This document shows positions 26,494-37,000 of a DNA stretch of 64,000 nt, one piece after another. Both the position numbers and the translations under genes were made by a program. This DNA is from Candidatus Omnitrophota bacterium (lineage in GTDB: Bacteria > Omnitrophota > Gorgyraeia > Pluralincolimonadales > Pluralincolimonadaceae): the NCBI GenBank assembly GCA_003141835.1, contig PLNR01000006.1, positions 142,558-206,557 on the forward strand, read 5' to 3'. How positions within the stretch are numbered: position 1 is the stretch's first letter; the number at the start of each line of letters is the position of its first letter. The notes beneath the pieces were generated by a model. It searched no databases. It was not told the DNA's origin and saw only the letters and a list, made by a program, of their open reading frames with translations.

Positions 26494-27433
26494 AGGTTTT
26501 TTTGAGAAGATATTTGCGGCCTTTGAGGCTTACATACGAGGACCAGACCTTGTCTCCGCCGGACTGCTGGACGATGATCTCCTTGACCGCGTTCGCCTGC
26601 GAGACGAGCTCGTCGGCCTGGTAGACGATCGTCGCCTCGAGCGTCTTCGGGAGTATCGGCGACTGCTGTTCGTATTCGCCGTGGTGGCTTAAGATGATAT
26701 GCTTGAGGCGCAGGGCGAGGTCCTTCGGGAAGTTCTTGATATTTTTTATCTTCTCGGAGACCATCTCGTAGCCGAGCGTCAGGTGGCCGATCAGCCCGCC
26801 GTCGACCGTGTATTCGAAGGTGCTGATGTCGAGCTCGACGGTCTTGCCGATGTCGTGGGCGAACGCGCCGATCATCACGATGTCGCGGTCGGCGTCGGGA
26901 TAAAGGTCGCAGACCACGCCGCTGATGCGCATCACCTCGTACGTGTGCTCCATCAGCCCGCCGATGTAGGCGTTGTGCCAATTCTGGGCGCCGGGCGATT
27001 TTTTGAATTTCGCCATCAGTTCGTCATCGGAGAGGAACTCCTTCGCCAGCGCCGCGAGCCATTTTTCGGAGATCCCGTCAAGTGCCTCTTTGATATTCTT
27101 GAATATCTCTTCGGGCTTTTCGACGGAGCGGACGAGCTCCTCGAATTTGTATTCTTTCGGCTCGGCAAGGCGTATCTGGTCGACGCGTATCTGCAGGTCG
27201 CCCTTGAATGAATCGACGCGGCCGTTGACGAAGACCGCTTCGCCTGTCGCGACCATTTCGTCGGCGGCCCCGGCATTCTCCCAGACCTTCGCTTCCATCC
27301 GGCCGGTCTTATCCGAGAGCGTTAATTTAAGGAACGGCTTTCCGCCTTGCGTGAGCGCAAGTTCTTTCTTCTTGAGGAAATACACGTCCTCGATCGTATC
27401 GTTTGTCTTGAGGTTTTTTATGAATTTAGGCAT
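26492..27433 (-). CDS. OB-fold + HD-domain phosphohydrolase (YhaM-like 3'-5' exoribonuclease family)
   Basis: N-terminal OB-fold region then an HD-domain motif (FAHDIGK...H...D). Confidence 0.6.
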   Translation of the reverse strand: MPKFIKNLKTNDTIEDVYFLKKKELALTQGGKPFLKLTLSDKTGRMEAKVWENAGAADEMVATGEAVFVNGRVDSFKGDLQIRVDQIRLAEPKEYKFEELVRSVEKPEEIFKNIKEALDGISEKWLAALAKEFLSDDELMAKFKKSPGAQNWHNAYIGGLMEHTYEVMRISGVVCDLYPDADRDIVMIGAFAHDIGKTVELDISTFEYTVDGGLIGHLTLGYEMVSEKIKNIKNFPKDLALRLKHIILSHHGEYEQQSPILPKTLEATIVYQADELVSQANAVKEIIVQQSGGDKVWSSYVSLKGRKYLLKKT

Positions 27434-27451
27434 GTGCTTATTATACCACCC

Positions 27452-28504
27452 TTATGCCGGGCAGGCTATCTTCCTGCGGTACGCGTTTATCATGAGGATG
27501 ATGAGCAGCGGACCCGCGATCAGGCTCGCGTCATGCGCCATATGAGAATGCGAACCCTTGCCAAGGCCCGTCATTATATTTATATTGAAAGTCTTGTAGA
27601 CATAATTTAAAAGTAACCCCATGCCGACCGCGCATACCGATATGGCCAAAAGATAGATAGCGACTGTCCTCTTCCCCATAAATTTGGCGACCGTGATTAT
27701 CCCCGCGGTATTCGTCGCCGGCCCTGCCAGCAAAAATACGAGTGCCACGCCCGGGCTCATCCCCTTCGCGATCAGCGCCGCCGCGATAGGCGTCGAGGCC
27801 GACGCGCAGATATAAAGCGGGATGCCGATCAAGAGCATTATGAACATCGCGGGCAAGTCGTATCCGAGATAATTTTTTATCAGGTCCGCCGGCACGAAAT
27901 ACGATATCACGCCCCCGGCGATTATGCCCAAGGCAAGCCAGGCGGCTATGTCCCCGAGAAGGTCCACAAAGGCGTATTCCATCGAGTGGATGAACTTGTT
28001 GAAGAAAGAATGCGAGTGCGCGTGTCCGTGGCCTTCCTCCTCGCAGAATACGCATTTTTCTTCTTTAGGCGCCGCAACCGGCTTTTCTTTCTTCCCGAAG
28101 AGGTTTTCCGATATGCCTGCCGTCAGGGCGGTAATAAGGGCCGCGAAAGGCCGGAATACCGTCATCAGCGGGTCGAGCAGCGCGTATGACAGGAATATCG
28201 AGTCTACGCCTGTCTCAGGCGTCGATATCAAAAATGAAAGCGTGGCCCCCTTCGATGCGCCGTTCTTGCGCAGGGACATCGCCGTCGGCAGTACGCCGCA
28301 CGAACAGAGCGGCAGCGGTATGCCGAAGAGCGCCGCCAGGAATACCGACTTGAACCTCGGCTTGCCGAGGTGTTTCACCACTTTTTCGCGGTCGAAGAAA
28401 ATATGGATAAACCCCGCCACGAAAGTCCCGAAAAGTATATACGGCGCGGCGGTGCTGAACGTTTTCCATATCTCTTTTATAAGACCGGTAAGTATTTCAA
28501 CCAT
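27452..28504 (-). CDS. permease (DUF318/ArsP-like family) with His-rich cytoplasmic loop
   Basis: Multiple TM segments, LPLCSCGVLP motif, EEEGHGHAHSHSF loop. Confidence 0.55.
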   Translation of the reverse strand: MVEILTGLIKEIWKTFSTAAPYILFGTFVAGFIHIFFDREKVVKHLGKPRFKSVFLAALFGIPLPLCSCGVLPTAMSLRKNGASKGATLSFLISTPETGVDSIFLSYALLDPLMTVFRPFAALITALTAGISENLFGKKEKPVAAPKEEKCVFCEEEGHGHAHSHSFFNKFIHSMEYAFVDLLGDIAAWLALGIIAGGVISYFVPADLIKNYLGYDLPAMFIMLLIGIPLYICASASTPIAAALIAKGMSPGVALVFLLAGPATNTAGIITVAKFMGKRTVAIYLLAISVCAVGMGLLLNYVYKTFNINIMTGLGKGSHSHMAHDASLIAGPLLIILMINAYRRKIACPA

Positions 28505-28580
28505 GGGAACGGGACGGCTCCTTTGCCATATTCTAATATAGTCGGTGAGTTATTTCCATAAGTATTGTATAATAGTGGCC

Positions 28581-29012
28581 ATGGGCAAGATGAATAAAAT
28601 AATTACATTCCTGTCCGGCATATACCTGGCTGTATTCGGGGCGTTCCAGCTCGTCCGCCTCTTACCGCGTTATAATTTCATAATGGGGTTGACCCCCAGC
28701 CCGCATCACACGTTCCTGGCGGTGAACTTCGGCATCTTCTCGACCTTAGGCCTTTTATGCGTGATCATTGGATTGGGGCTCATATACAGGCAGGCCTGGG
28801 CGAGGAGCATGGTGATAATCGCGTCTATATTCTCGCTTTTCTTCGGGATAACTATCGTGGTATGCATGACATGGTTGTATTTTATGCTCCCTTACGGCGG
28901 GGTCGCGGTGAGCGAGACATACACCCTTTATTATTGGGTTTATCTTCTAATATGCCTCATCATAATGCCGGCGTTTTTTCTTATATTTTTTTCCAGGGAA
29001 AAGACGCTGTAA
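28581..29012 (+). CDS. hypothetical membrane protein (4 TM)
   Basis: Hydrophobic 143-aa ORF. Start placed at MGKMNK. Confidence 0.35.
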   Translation: MGKMNKIITFLSGIYLAVFGAFQLVRLLPRYNFIMGLTPSPHHTFLAVNFGIFSTLGLLCVIIGLGLIYRQAWARSMVIIASIFSLFFGITIVVCMTWLYFMLPYGGVAVSETYTLYYWVYLLICLIIMPAFFLIFFSREKTL

Positions 29013-29024
29013 GCCTGTTTTAAA

Positions 29025-30758
29025 CTACCAGCCCCCGCCTCCCCCTCCGCCGCCGCCACCTCCCCCGCCTCCCCCTCCGCCGCTGAAACCGGAGCTTGAA
29101 CCCGGAGCGACCGAAGAAGAAGATATGGAACTTGCGAGCGAACCTCCTAATGACGAAAAACCGGTGATGCCTCCGAACCTCGTTACGCCGATACCCGGCC
29201 CTCTATACCAAACCGGCGAGTATCCTTCGCCTCCCGTACCGGCGCGCGATAACACATCGGTGAATTTTTTCGCCCAGGCGTTCTCCAGGTCGAGCGCGAC
29301 AGCGTACGGCAGGTATTTCTCGAAAAGTTCCGGCGTCTTCGCCGGCGCGGCCATGCCTGCTATCTCGTCCTTTTCCGCCGTGCGGAGGTACATTCCGAAA
29401 CCTTCTATCTGGTCCATGACGGTCCTGCCTGCAAGCGTCGGCGCCTTAAGCAGCTGGTAGAAGATAAAATTAAGCGCGGCGAGAATAATAGATGATGCGA
29501 AAGTGCTTAAAGTATCCATGGACGATAATAACGCGACGGAGAGGATGGTAATAATAGATATCACCATGCCGGGGACAAAATATTGCGCGTTGGTCAGGAA
29601 ATATGTCTTCTCGAACTCCGTCTTTAGGGTATCCTTGAGCGAATCTATCGCCCCCGCTACTTCATCGTGATTGGCGTTCTCGAATTTGAAGTACTTCCGC
29701 TCCCCCATAAGCTCATCGGCTATGACCTTTTCTTCCGGGCTTAAGTTCGACGGATCCGCGGGACCGCGGTCTACGGAATAAGTTCCGTCCTCTTCAATTA
29801 TGGTGAAATACCTTTTGACCGCCATATTTATTACTGCCGAGGAGAAACACTTGGCATCATAACCCATATTTTTTATATAACGGATCGCGGACGGAGATAC
29901 GCCTTTCGGCGGCGCAAATAACGGGATTATGGTCCCTTTCGGCGGATTTTTGCCGAAGAGAGCCCAGGTAATGATGAAGTAAACAAAAAGCACGACGACA
30001 CCCAGCGCGCCGGCAGCCAAGCCGGGATTATCACTCAGGAAATACATCCATTTCTCCCGGGCGGTCAGCTCATGCACAAAACCTTTCGGCCAACCGACCA
30101 CGATCGTTAAGCCCTCGCGGGGGGCAAGCGGCCGTGTCGTCACAAAAACCGGCCTGCCCTCATTATCGAAGGATACATTAGAATCTTTCGCGTGCGAACC
30201 TAGCGGCCCGGTGTATTCATCTGTCTTTATCACGTCCCGGGCGATCCCCGCAGGGAGGACCACGGTCGCGGACGCGTTGAGGATCGGGAAATCCCACCCG
30301 TTACCCGTGACATTCCAATAGAGTTCATCGTGGTCCTTGAAAAATCCCAGCTGGCGGTTGGTGTCATATTTTATCGTATATGTATGGACTCCGGGCTGGA
30401 CATAAGTATTTTCGTTGCCTATGTAGACCCTTTCCCCGTTCGAGAGCGCGGCAGTATGATACGGCTCGGGCGTCCCGTCGCGCAGGACCTCTTTCACAGT
30501 AAAACCTACGGAATACCGGAGCGAGGTGCCGTTTTTGTAGATCGTATATTTTGTCGGGAAATCGCGGTATATGCCGTGCCTTATCCGGTAATTCTCGGCG
30601 TTTACCTTTATAGCCTCGATCACCGACATCGTCGAGTCCTGATGTACGGTAATGAGGCTGTCAAAGGAGAGTATGCTTTCGGAGGCACGGGAAACAGGCA
30701 AAGCAAAAAGGATAGCTATGAGGAAGAATACCGCGAAAAGGGATCTTTTCCCAAACAT
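29025..30758 (-). CDS. DUF2207-family membrane protein with C-terminal poly-glycine tail
   Basis: Signal peptide, large extracytoplasmic domain, TM region, then a run of about 17 Gly ending in W. LemA gene adjacent. Confidence 0.6.
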   Translation of the reverse strand: MFGKRSLFAVFFLIAILFALPVSRASESILSFDSLITVHQDSTMSVIEAIKVNAENYRIRHGIYRDFPTKYTIYKNGTSLRYSVGFTVKEVLRDGTPEPYHTAALSNGERVYIGNENTYVQPGVHTYTIKYDTNRQLGFFKDHDELYWNVTGNGWDFPILNASATVVLPAGIARDVIKTDEYTGPLGSHAKDSNVSFDNEGRPVFVTTRPLAPREGLTIVVGWPKGFVHELTAREKWMYFLSDNPGLAAGALGVVVLFVYFIITWALFGKNPPKGTIIPLFAPPKGVSPSAIRYIKNMGYDAKCFSSAVINMAVKRYFTIIEEDGTYSVDRGPADPSNLSPEEKVIADELMGERKYFKFENANHDEVAGAIDSLKDTLKTEFEKTYFLTNAQYFVPGMVISIITILSVALLSSMDTLSTFASSIILAALNFIFYQLLKAPTLAGRTVMDQIEGFGMYLRTAEKDEIAGMAAPAKTPELFEKYLPYAVALDLENAWAKKFTDVLSRAGTGGEGYSPVWYRGPGIGVTRFGGITGFSSLGGSLASSISSSSVAPGSSSGFSGGGGGGGGGGGGGGGGGW

Positions 30759-30768
30759 GGGACCTCCT

Positions 30769-31326
30769 TTATATTTTTACTTCGGGGGCCTGGCGCTCCG
30801 TCGCTAATTCTATTTCAAAAAATTCAGCTTTGCCAAAATGGAAAGAGCCGGCTATCATGCTGCTGGGAAAGGTCTGCGACAGGATATTATAATCGCGGAC
30901 CGTGCCGTTGTAATAACGGCGGGCCATCTGGAGGTTGTCCTCTATATCAACAAGGTTCTTGTGCAGGTCGAGGAAACTCTGGCTGGCTTTAAGTTCGGGG
31001 TACGCTTCTACTACTGCAAAAATTGATTTTAATGAGCGGGAGATCGCATTCTCCGGGCCGGCTTTATCCTGCGGCCCTTCCGCGGCTGTGGCTTTGGAAC
31101 GCAAAGCGGTGACTTCTTCTAGGGTCTTCCTTTCGAATTGCTTGTATCCTTTGACGGCCTCTACGAGGTTCGGGATGAGGTCTGCGCGGCGCTTAAGCTG
31201 GACGTCTATCCCGCTCCAGGCCTCTTTCATCAGGTTCTTGTATTTGATAAGGAGATTATAAGTAAAAACAGTCCATATTACCAGCCCGGCTAAAAGCAAT
31301 AACCCTGCGGTCCCGTATCCCAGCAT
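30769..31326 (-). CDS. lemA: LemA family protein
   Basis: N-terminal TM plus LemA-like helical region (NLLIKYKNLMKEAWSGIDVQLKRRADLIPNLVEAVKGY). Confidence 0.7.
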   Translation of the reverse strand: MLGYGTAGLLLLAGLVIWTVFTYNLLIKYKNLMKEAWSGIDVQLKRRADLIPNLVEAVKGYKQFERKTLEEVTALRSKATAAEGPQDKAGPENAISRSLKSIFAVVEAYPELKASQSFLDLHKNLVDIEDNLQMARRYYNGTVRDYNILSQTFPSSMIAGSFHFGKAEFFEIELATERQAPEVKI

Positions 31327-31335
31327 TTTTGCCTC

Positions 31336-32232
31336 CTACTTAGTAAGCGGTTTGCCGTCCAGCGGCGGGCTGATCTTCCCCACGTCCACACCAAACCTGT
31401 CGAGGATAGTCGGGGTGACGTCTGATTGGAAACCCTGCCTTATCCCCCTCGGGTCGTTCGTGGCCATGAAGACGTACGGTGCATAACCGTGGCCCTTTTG
31501 CCCCTCATCAAAACCGTGGTCGGCGGTCACATAGATGATCGTCGTATCGTATAATTTCAGGTCTTTAAGCTTTTTGACGATGTCGCCTGTCAACTTATCG
31601 CAGGCGATGAGCGCGTCGTTGTATTCTTTCGAATTCTCGCCGAATTCATGGCCCTTGCTGTCGATCGCGGCGAACTGCAGGAAAAAGAAGAACGGCCTTC
31701 CTTTGTATTCCTCGAGAAGCCTCTCCGCCTCGCTCGCGACCCTCTGGTCTTCGTTGAGGCCGTTCTTGAATACGTCGGTCTCCTTGGCGGCATTGTAATA
31801 CGGCTTATCGGGGCTGTCGGATTTAAAACGATGGCCCTTATTATAAAGTGCCACCGTCACGAATTTATCGTGCCCGAAATGGTCCTCGAGCCGCTCGAAT
31901 ATCGTATAGCCTTTCGGTATCGCCTGATATTTTTCGTTACTGCGGACGCCCGAGGTCTCGGCTTTATATCCGGTGAGTATCTGCGCGAAACCGGGCTCGG
32001 TCTCGGTCTGGTGGCCCTGGACGTCTATCTCGACGAACGAACCTTCTGACGATAATTTTTTGAGGTACGGGAGTTCGCCGCGGCCGAGGCATTCCTTCAC
32101 GTGGTTCAATTGCGCCCCGTCCCAGCCGATGAGTACTATATCTTTCGGCCGCTCGTTTAATCCCAGCGCATATGATGGGACCGTAATACAGAGCGCGGCG
32201 CAAAACGCCAGGAAAAGCGCAAACCTCTTCAT
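31336..32232 (-). CDS. secreted alkaline-phosphatase-superfamily enzyme (nucleotide pyrophosphatase/phosphodiesterase-like)
   Basis: Signal peptide. LIGWDGAQ and VTADHGFDE metal-binding motifs. Confidence 0.55.
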   Translation of the reverse strand: MKRFALFLAFCAALCITVPSYALGLNERPKDIVLIGWDGAQLNHVKECLGRGELPYLKKLSSEGSFVEIDVQGHQTETEPGFAQILTGYKAETSGVRSNEKYQAIPKGYTIFERLEDHFGHDKFVTVALYNKGHRFKSDSPDKPYYNAAKETDVFKNGLNEDQRVASEAERLLEEYKGRPFFFFLQFAAIDSKGHEFGENSKEYNDALIACDKLTGDIVKKLKDLKLYDTTIIYVTADHGFDEGQKGHGYAPYVFMATNDPRGIRQGFQSDVTPTILDRFGVDVGKISPPLDGKPLTK

Positions 32233-34010
32233 TTATTTACCAGTCCGCGTTTGGTGTATGTCGTGTGCAGGAGATGGTGCGACTTCTCCCCGAGCGGCTC
32301 GACCAGGAATTCCTTGTAGATAGCTGTGATCGAGGGGTTCTCGTGCGATTTCCTTATCGGTTTGCCCAGGTCTTCCCTGTATATCGCTTCAGCCCTCTTC
32401 TTTCTCACTTCGGTATTCGTGGGGATGGGCTGTCCGCCGCCGCCGAGGCATCCGCCCGGGCAGCACATTATCTCTATGAAATGGTACGGGGACTTGCCGG
32501 CCTTGACCTCGTCCAGCAATTTCCGCGCGTTCGCCAGGCCGCTCGCGACCGCGACCTTTACCTTCAGCCCGTCGACGTCTACCTCTGCGGATTTTATCCC
32601 TTCGAAGCCGCGGACGGCCTGAAAATCGAGCTTGTCGAGCTTCTTCTTCGTGATGACTTCATACGCGGTCCTTAACGCGGCTTCCATGACGCCGCCTGTC
32701 GCGCCGAATATTACGGCCGCGCCGGTCGACTCGCCGAGCGGATTGTCAAAATCCTCATCGGGAAGTTTATTGAAATCGATGCCCGCTTCTTTTATCATCT
32801 GGGCGGCTTCCCTCGTCGTAAGGACGTAATCGACGTCCGGGAACTTGTCGCTCTCCTTGTATGCCTTCTTGTCTTTCCAGTATTCGAAGGCACTGTCCAT
32901 CTCCGGGCGTTTCGCCTCGAATTTCTTCGCGGTGCAAGGCATTATCGAGACGACTACCATATCTTTCGCGTCTACGCCGGCCTTCTCCGCGTAATAGGTC
33001 TTCGCGACCGCGCCGAACATCTGCTGCGGCGATTTGCAGGTCGAAAGATGGTCGAGGAGATCCGGGAAAAAATGCTCGCTGAACTTTATCCATCCCGGGG
33101 AGCACGATGTTATAAGGGGAAGCACGCCTTTATTCTTTATCCTGTCGATGAGCTCGAAGCCCTCCTCCATAATGGTGAGGTCTGCGGTAAACTGCGTGTC
33201 GAAGACTTTATTGTACCCGAGCCTGCGGAGCGCCGCGGTCATCTTTCCGGTAACAAGCGTCCCGGCAGGCAGGCCGAATTCCTCGCCTATCGCGGCCCTT
33301 ACAGCCGGCGCGGTCTGGACTACGACGGTCTTCTTCGGATCGTGTATAGCCTTCCATACGTCGTCTATCGAGCTCTTCTCTGTCAATGCGCCTGTCGGGC
33401 AGACGAGTACGCACTGGCCGCAGTTAGCGCATTCGACCTTGCCGAGCCCTTCGTTAAAAAATGTCGAGACGATCGTCTTGCTGCCCCTGTTCACGAAATC
33501 GATAGCATTGACCGACTGGACCTGCGAGCAGACCGCGATGCAGCGTCCGCAAAGTATGCATTTGTTGGGGTCGCGTATGATCGACGGGGAGCTCAGGTCG
33601 ACGTCGAAGTCGCGTTTCCGCGTCTTCGCGAACCTGACATCCCTTATGCCGAGGTCCGAGGCCAAGATGCGCAATTCGCAGGTCTCGTTTTTGTCGCAGG
33701 TCGGGCATTCTTTCGGATGGCCCGCAAGGAGGAGTTCGACGTTCATCCTGCGCGCGCCGCGGACTGCCGGCGTGTTTGTGTATATCTCCATACCTTCGGA
33801 GACCTTCGTTATGCACGCCCTCAAAAGGCTCTTGGCGTTCCTGACTTCGACGCAGCAGACGCCGCACGAAGCGTTCTCGGATATCCCCTCGAGATAGCAG
33901 AGCGTCGGTATATCGATCCCCGCTTCCCTGGCCGCCTTAAGTATCGTCGTCCCTTCGGCCGCTTTGTATTCTTTCCCGTCTATCTTTATGTTCATTATCC
34001 TGTCGGCCAT
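32229..34010 (-). CDS. hydA: [FeFe]-hydrogenase catalytic subunit HydA (N-terminal 2Fe-2S and 4Fe-4S ferredoxin domains plus H-cluster domain)
   Basis: H-cluster motifs MPCTAKKFE and EIMCCPGGCLGGGGQP are present. Motif 1 reads TSCSPGW instead of TSCCPxW. Start taken at MADRIM, overlapping the hydB stop. Confidence 0.8.
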   Translation of the reverse strand: MADRIMNIKIDGKEYKAAEGTTILKAAREAGIDIPTLCYLEGISENASCGVCCVEVRNAKSLLRACITKVSEGMEIYTNTPAVRGARRMNVELLLAGHPKECPTCDKNETCELRILASDLGIRDVRFAKTRKRDFDVDLSSPSIIRDPNKCILCGRCIAVCSQVQSVNAIDFVNRGSKTIVSTFFNEGLGKVECANCGQCVLVCPTGALTEKSSIDDVWKAIHDPKKTVVVQTAPAVRAAIGEEFGLPAGTLVTGKMTAALRRLGYNKVFDTQFTADLTIMEEGFELIDRIKNKGVLPLITSCSPGWIKFSEHFFPDLLDHLSTCKSPQQMFGAVAKTYYAEKAGVDAKDMVVVSIMPCTAKKFEAKRPEMDSAFEYWKDKKAYKESDKFPDVDYVLTTREAAQMIKEAGIDFNKLPDEDFDNPLGESTGAAVIFGATGGVMEAALRTAYEVITKKKLDKLDFQAVRGFEGIKSAEVDVDGLKVKVAVASGLANARKLLDEVKAGKSPYHFIEIMCCPGGCLGGGGQPIPTNTEVRKKRAEAIYREDLGKPIRKSHENPSITAIYKEFLVEPLGEKSHHLLHTTYTKRGLVNK

Positions 34011-37000
34011 TAGATTGCCTCCTTCACATCGCATCTCAAGCAGCGGGTAGTCTCAGTTTTTACGTCATCCCAGCACAATCCGAGCGATACTTCTTTAAAG
34101 TTCTTCTTCCTGGCTTTCACCGAGAGCGTCTTCGGATACCTCCTGCCCTCAGGGCTCGGCTCGAGCGGGACAATGTTCTTATATTTGAATTTCTTCGACA
34201 GCATCTCTATCCTCTTCTCCCCCATGAGGTCAAGGTCGATCGCCTCGGCAGCTTTTCTGCCTTGGGCCATCGCCTCGACCGCGGTCGCAGGCCCCATGAC
34301 AAGGTCGCCGCCCGCATAAATTTTAGGATCGACGGTCTGGAGCGTGGATTTATCTACTTTTATCGTACCGTCCTCGTTGGCGTCGATGCCGACATTGCGT
34401 ATGAAGCCCGAGTCGACGCGCTCGCCTATGGCGAGTATGACCGAGTTGCAGGTGATCGCCTCGTATGTATCGGTCGCGACAGGCCTTCTCCTGCCGGATA
34501 GGTCGAATTCACCCGGCTTCATCTTGCTTATCTCTATGCCCTTCACTTTTCCTTTTTCGCCGATGATGGATTTCGGAGCGGCAAGGAAGATGAATTTAAT
34601 TCCTTCATGCTCGGCTTCTTTGATCTCTTCTTTATTCGCAGGCATATCCGCTTTCTCGCGGCGGTAGACTACCGTGACGTCGCTGCCGAACCTGAAAGCG
34701 GTCCTGGCCGCGTCTATGGCGACGTTACCGGCGCCGATTATCGCTACTTTCTTGCCTATCGCCGGTTTCTTTCCGGTTGCCACCTGCTCTAAGTATTCGG
34801 TCCCGCGCAGGACTCCTTTAAGGTCCCTGCCGGGGATGTCGAGGTCCATCTCTTTATACGCGCCCGTCGCGAGGAAGATCGTGTCGAACGAACTCTCGAG
34901 TTCACGCAATTTCTTCTCGCTGACTTTAGAGTTAAAAATGAACTTCACCCCGAAGTCCTTGATGAACTTAATCTCCCTTTCAAGGACGTCCTTCGGCAGC
35001 CTGTATGACGGTATGCCGTACATCAGGACGCCGCCGGCCTTCGGTTTCTCTTCGTACACTGTCACCGAATGGCCGAGCCGCGCCAGGTAATAAGCCGCGG
35101 TAAGTCCGGCCGGGCCAGCGCCGACTACGGCGATCTTTTTCCCGGTCGCAGGCAGTTTCTCTTTCAATAACCTGCGCATGACCGGCTTGTCCTTGCCGTA
35201 TTTGTGCATATTATCGGCGACGAAGCGGTGTATCTCGCCCTGGGATACCGGATCGTCGATATCCTCCCTCCTGCAGCGCATCTTGCAATGGAAATGGCAT
35301 ATCCTTCCCGAACTTGCCGGGAAAGGATTGTCGCGCAGGATAAGGTCATACGCGTCGTCCATCTGCTTTTCGTTCACCAATTCGAGGAAGCCCGGGATGT
35401 TCATATGGAGCGGGCAGCTGTTCTCGCACGGAGATAGGAACAGCGACTGGCAAACGCCTGCGTCGCATCTCTTGTCCCTTATGTGCTCCTCGTATTCGTC
35501 CCTGAAATATTTCAGCGTCGTAAGGACCGGGTTCGGCGCTGTCTGGCCGAGGCCGCATATCGCCGTATCCTTTATGACCTTGCCGAGGTCTTCGAGGGTC
35601 TTGATGTTTTCCATCTTGCCCCTTCCCTCGGTTATGTCCTTTAAGATCTTCAACGCCTGCTGTAGCCCCTCGCGGCACGGCGTGCACTTGCCGCACGACT
35701 CGGAAGTGGTGAATTCTATGAAATAGCGGGCGACATCGACCATGCAATTGTCCTGGTCCATGACGACCATACCGCCTGAGCCGAGTATCGCGCCGAGCTG
35801 CGCGAGGTTCTCGTAATCTATCTTGGAATTAAAAAGCGACGCCGGGATGCATCCGCCTGAAGGGCCGCCTGACTGGACCGACTTGATGACCTTATTCTTG
35901 CCGCTACCCTCGCCCATCTGGTAGATGAGAGAAAGTATCGGCGAGCCGAATGGCAGTTCCACAAGCCCCGTATTCTTCACCTTGCCTACGAGCGAAAATA
36001 CTTTTGTGCCGGCGCTCGCCGACGTGCCTGTCTGCGCGAACCACTGGCCGCCCCTGGCGATTATCGCCGGGACGTTGCTTAATGTCTCGACATTATTTAT
36101 GGTCGTGGGTTTGTCCCATAATCCCTTCTCCGCCGGGAAAGGAGGCCTGGGCCTCGGACGGCCGGGCTTGCCTTCGAGCGAGAATATGAGCGCCGTCTCC
36201 TCGCCGCAGACGAACGCGCCCGCGCCCTCGACTATCTGGATGTCAAAACTAAAATTTGTCCCCATTATATTCTTCCCGAGGAAACCCCACTCCTCGGCCT
36301 GGACGAGCGCCTTCTTTATCCTCTGGACCGCCAATGGGTATTCGGCGCGGATGTAGATTATCCCGGCGGTAGCGCCCATCGTATAAGCGGCTATCGCGAT
36401 GCCCTCTATCAGCATGTGCGGGTCGCTCTCTATCTCGTTGCGGTTCATGTAAGCGCCCGGGTCGCCTTCGTCGGCGTTGCACGCTACAAATTTTTGGTCG
36501 GCCTTTATGCCGCGCATGATCTCCCATTTCCTCCACGGCGGAAAACCCGCGCCGCCCCTGCCCCTCAACTTCGAGATCTTGAGCTCTTCTATGATCTTCT
36601 CAGGGGTCATGCTAGTGATGGCTTTATATAACGACTGGTAACCGCCGACCGCTATGTAATCGTCTATGTTCTCGGGGTCTATGAGTCCGCAGTCCCTCAG
36701 GACTATCTTCTTTTGCCCCTTAAAGAACGGCACCTCGTTCCAGATCGGGACTCCTGGCCAACCACGCCCGTATATCACCTTTCCGGTGATGTGGTCCCAT
36801 TCCTCGATCTTGCATAATACCCTTTCCTCATATATGTCGCCCTTCATAGTTTTTTCAACTATCTTCGCGGCGTCCTTCGGTTTGACCTTAGAGAGGATGA
36901 TAAGCGGTTTCCCGGGCATATAAATATTTACCACCGGCTCGTCGGCGCAGAAACCGAAACAGCCGACCTTTCCGAGGGATATCTCGGCCTTCTTCCTGCG

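Noticed and set aside
33048-34013. 321-aa plus-strand ORF, and other long plus-strand ORFs such as 33034-33897, 50363-51397, 47004-47864, 20406-20777 and 39714-40217
   Set aside because: Each is antisense to a long motif-bearing minus-strand gene (hydA, GH3, mgtA, the helicase, the B12-radical SAM gene). None has a recognisable domain. Typical high-GC antisense ORFs.
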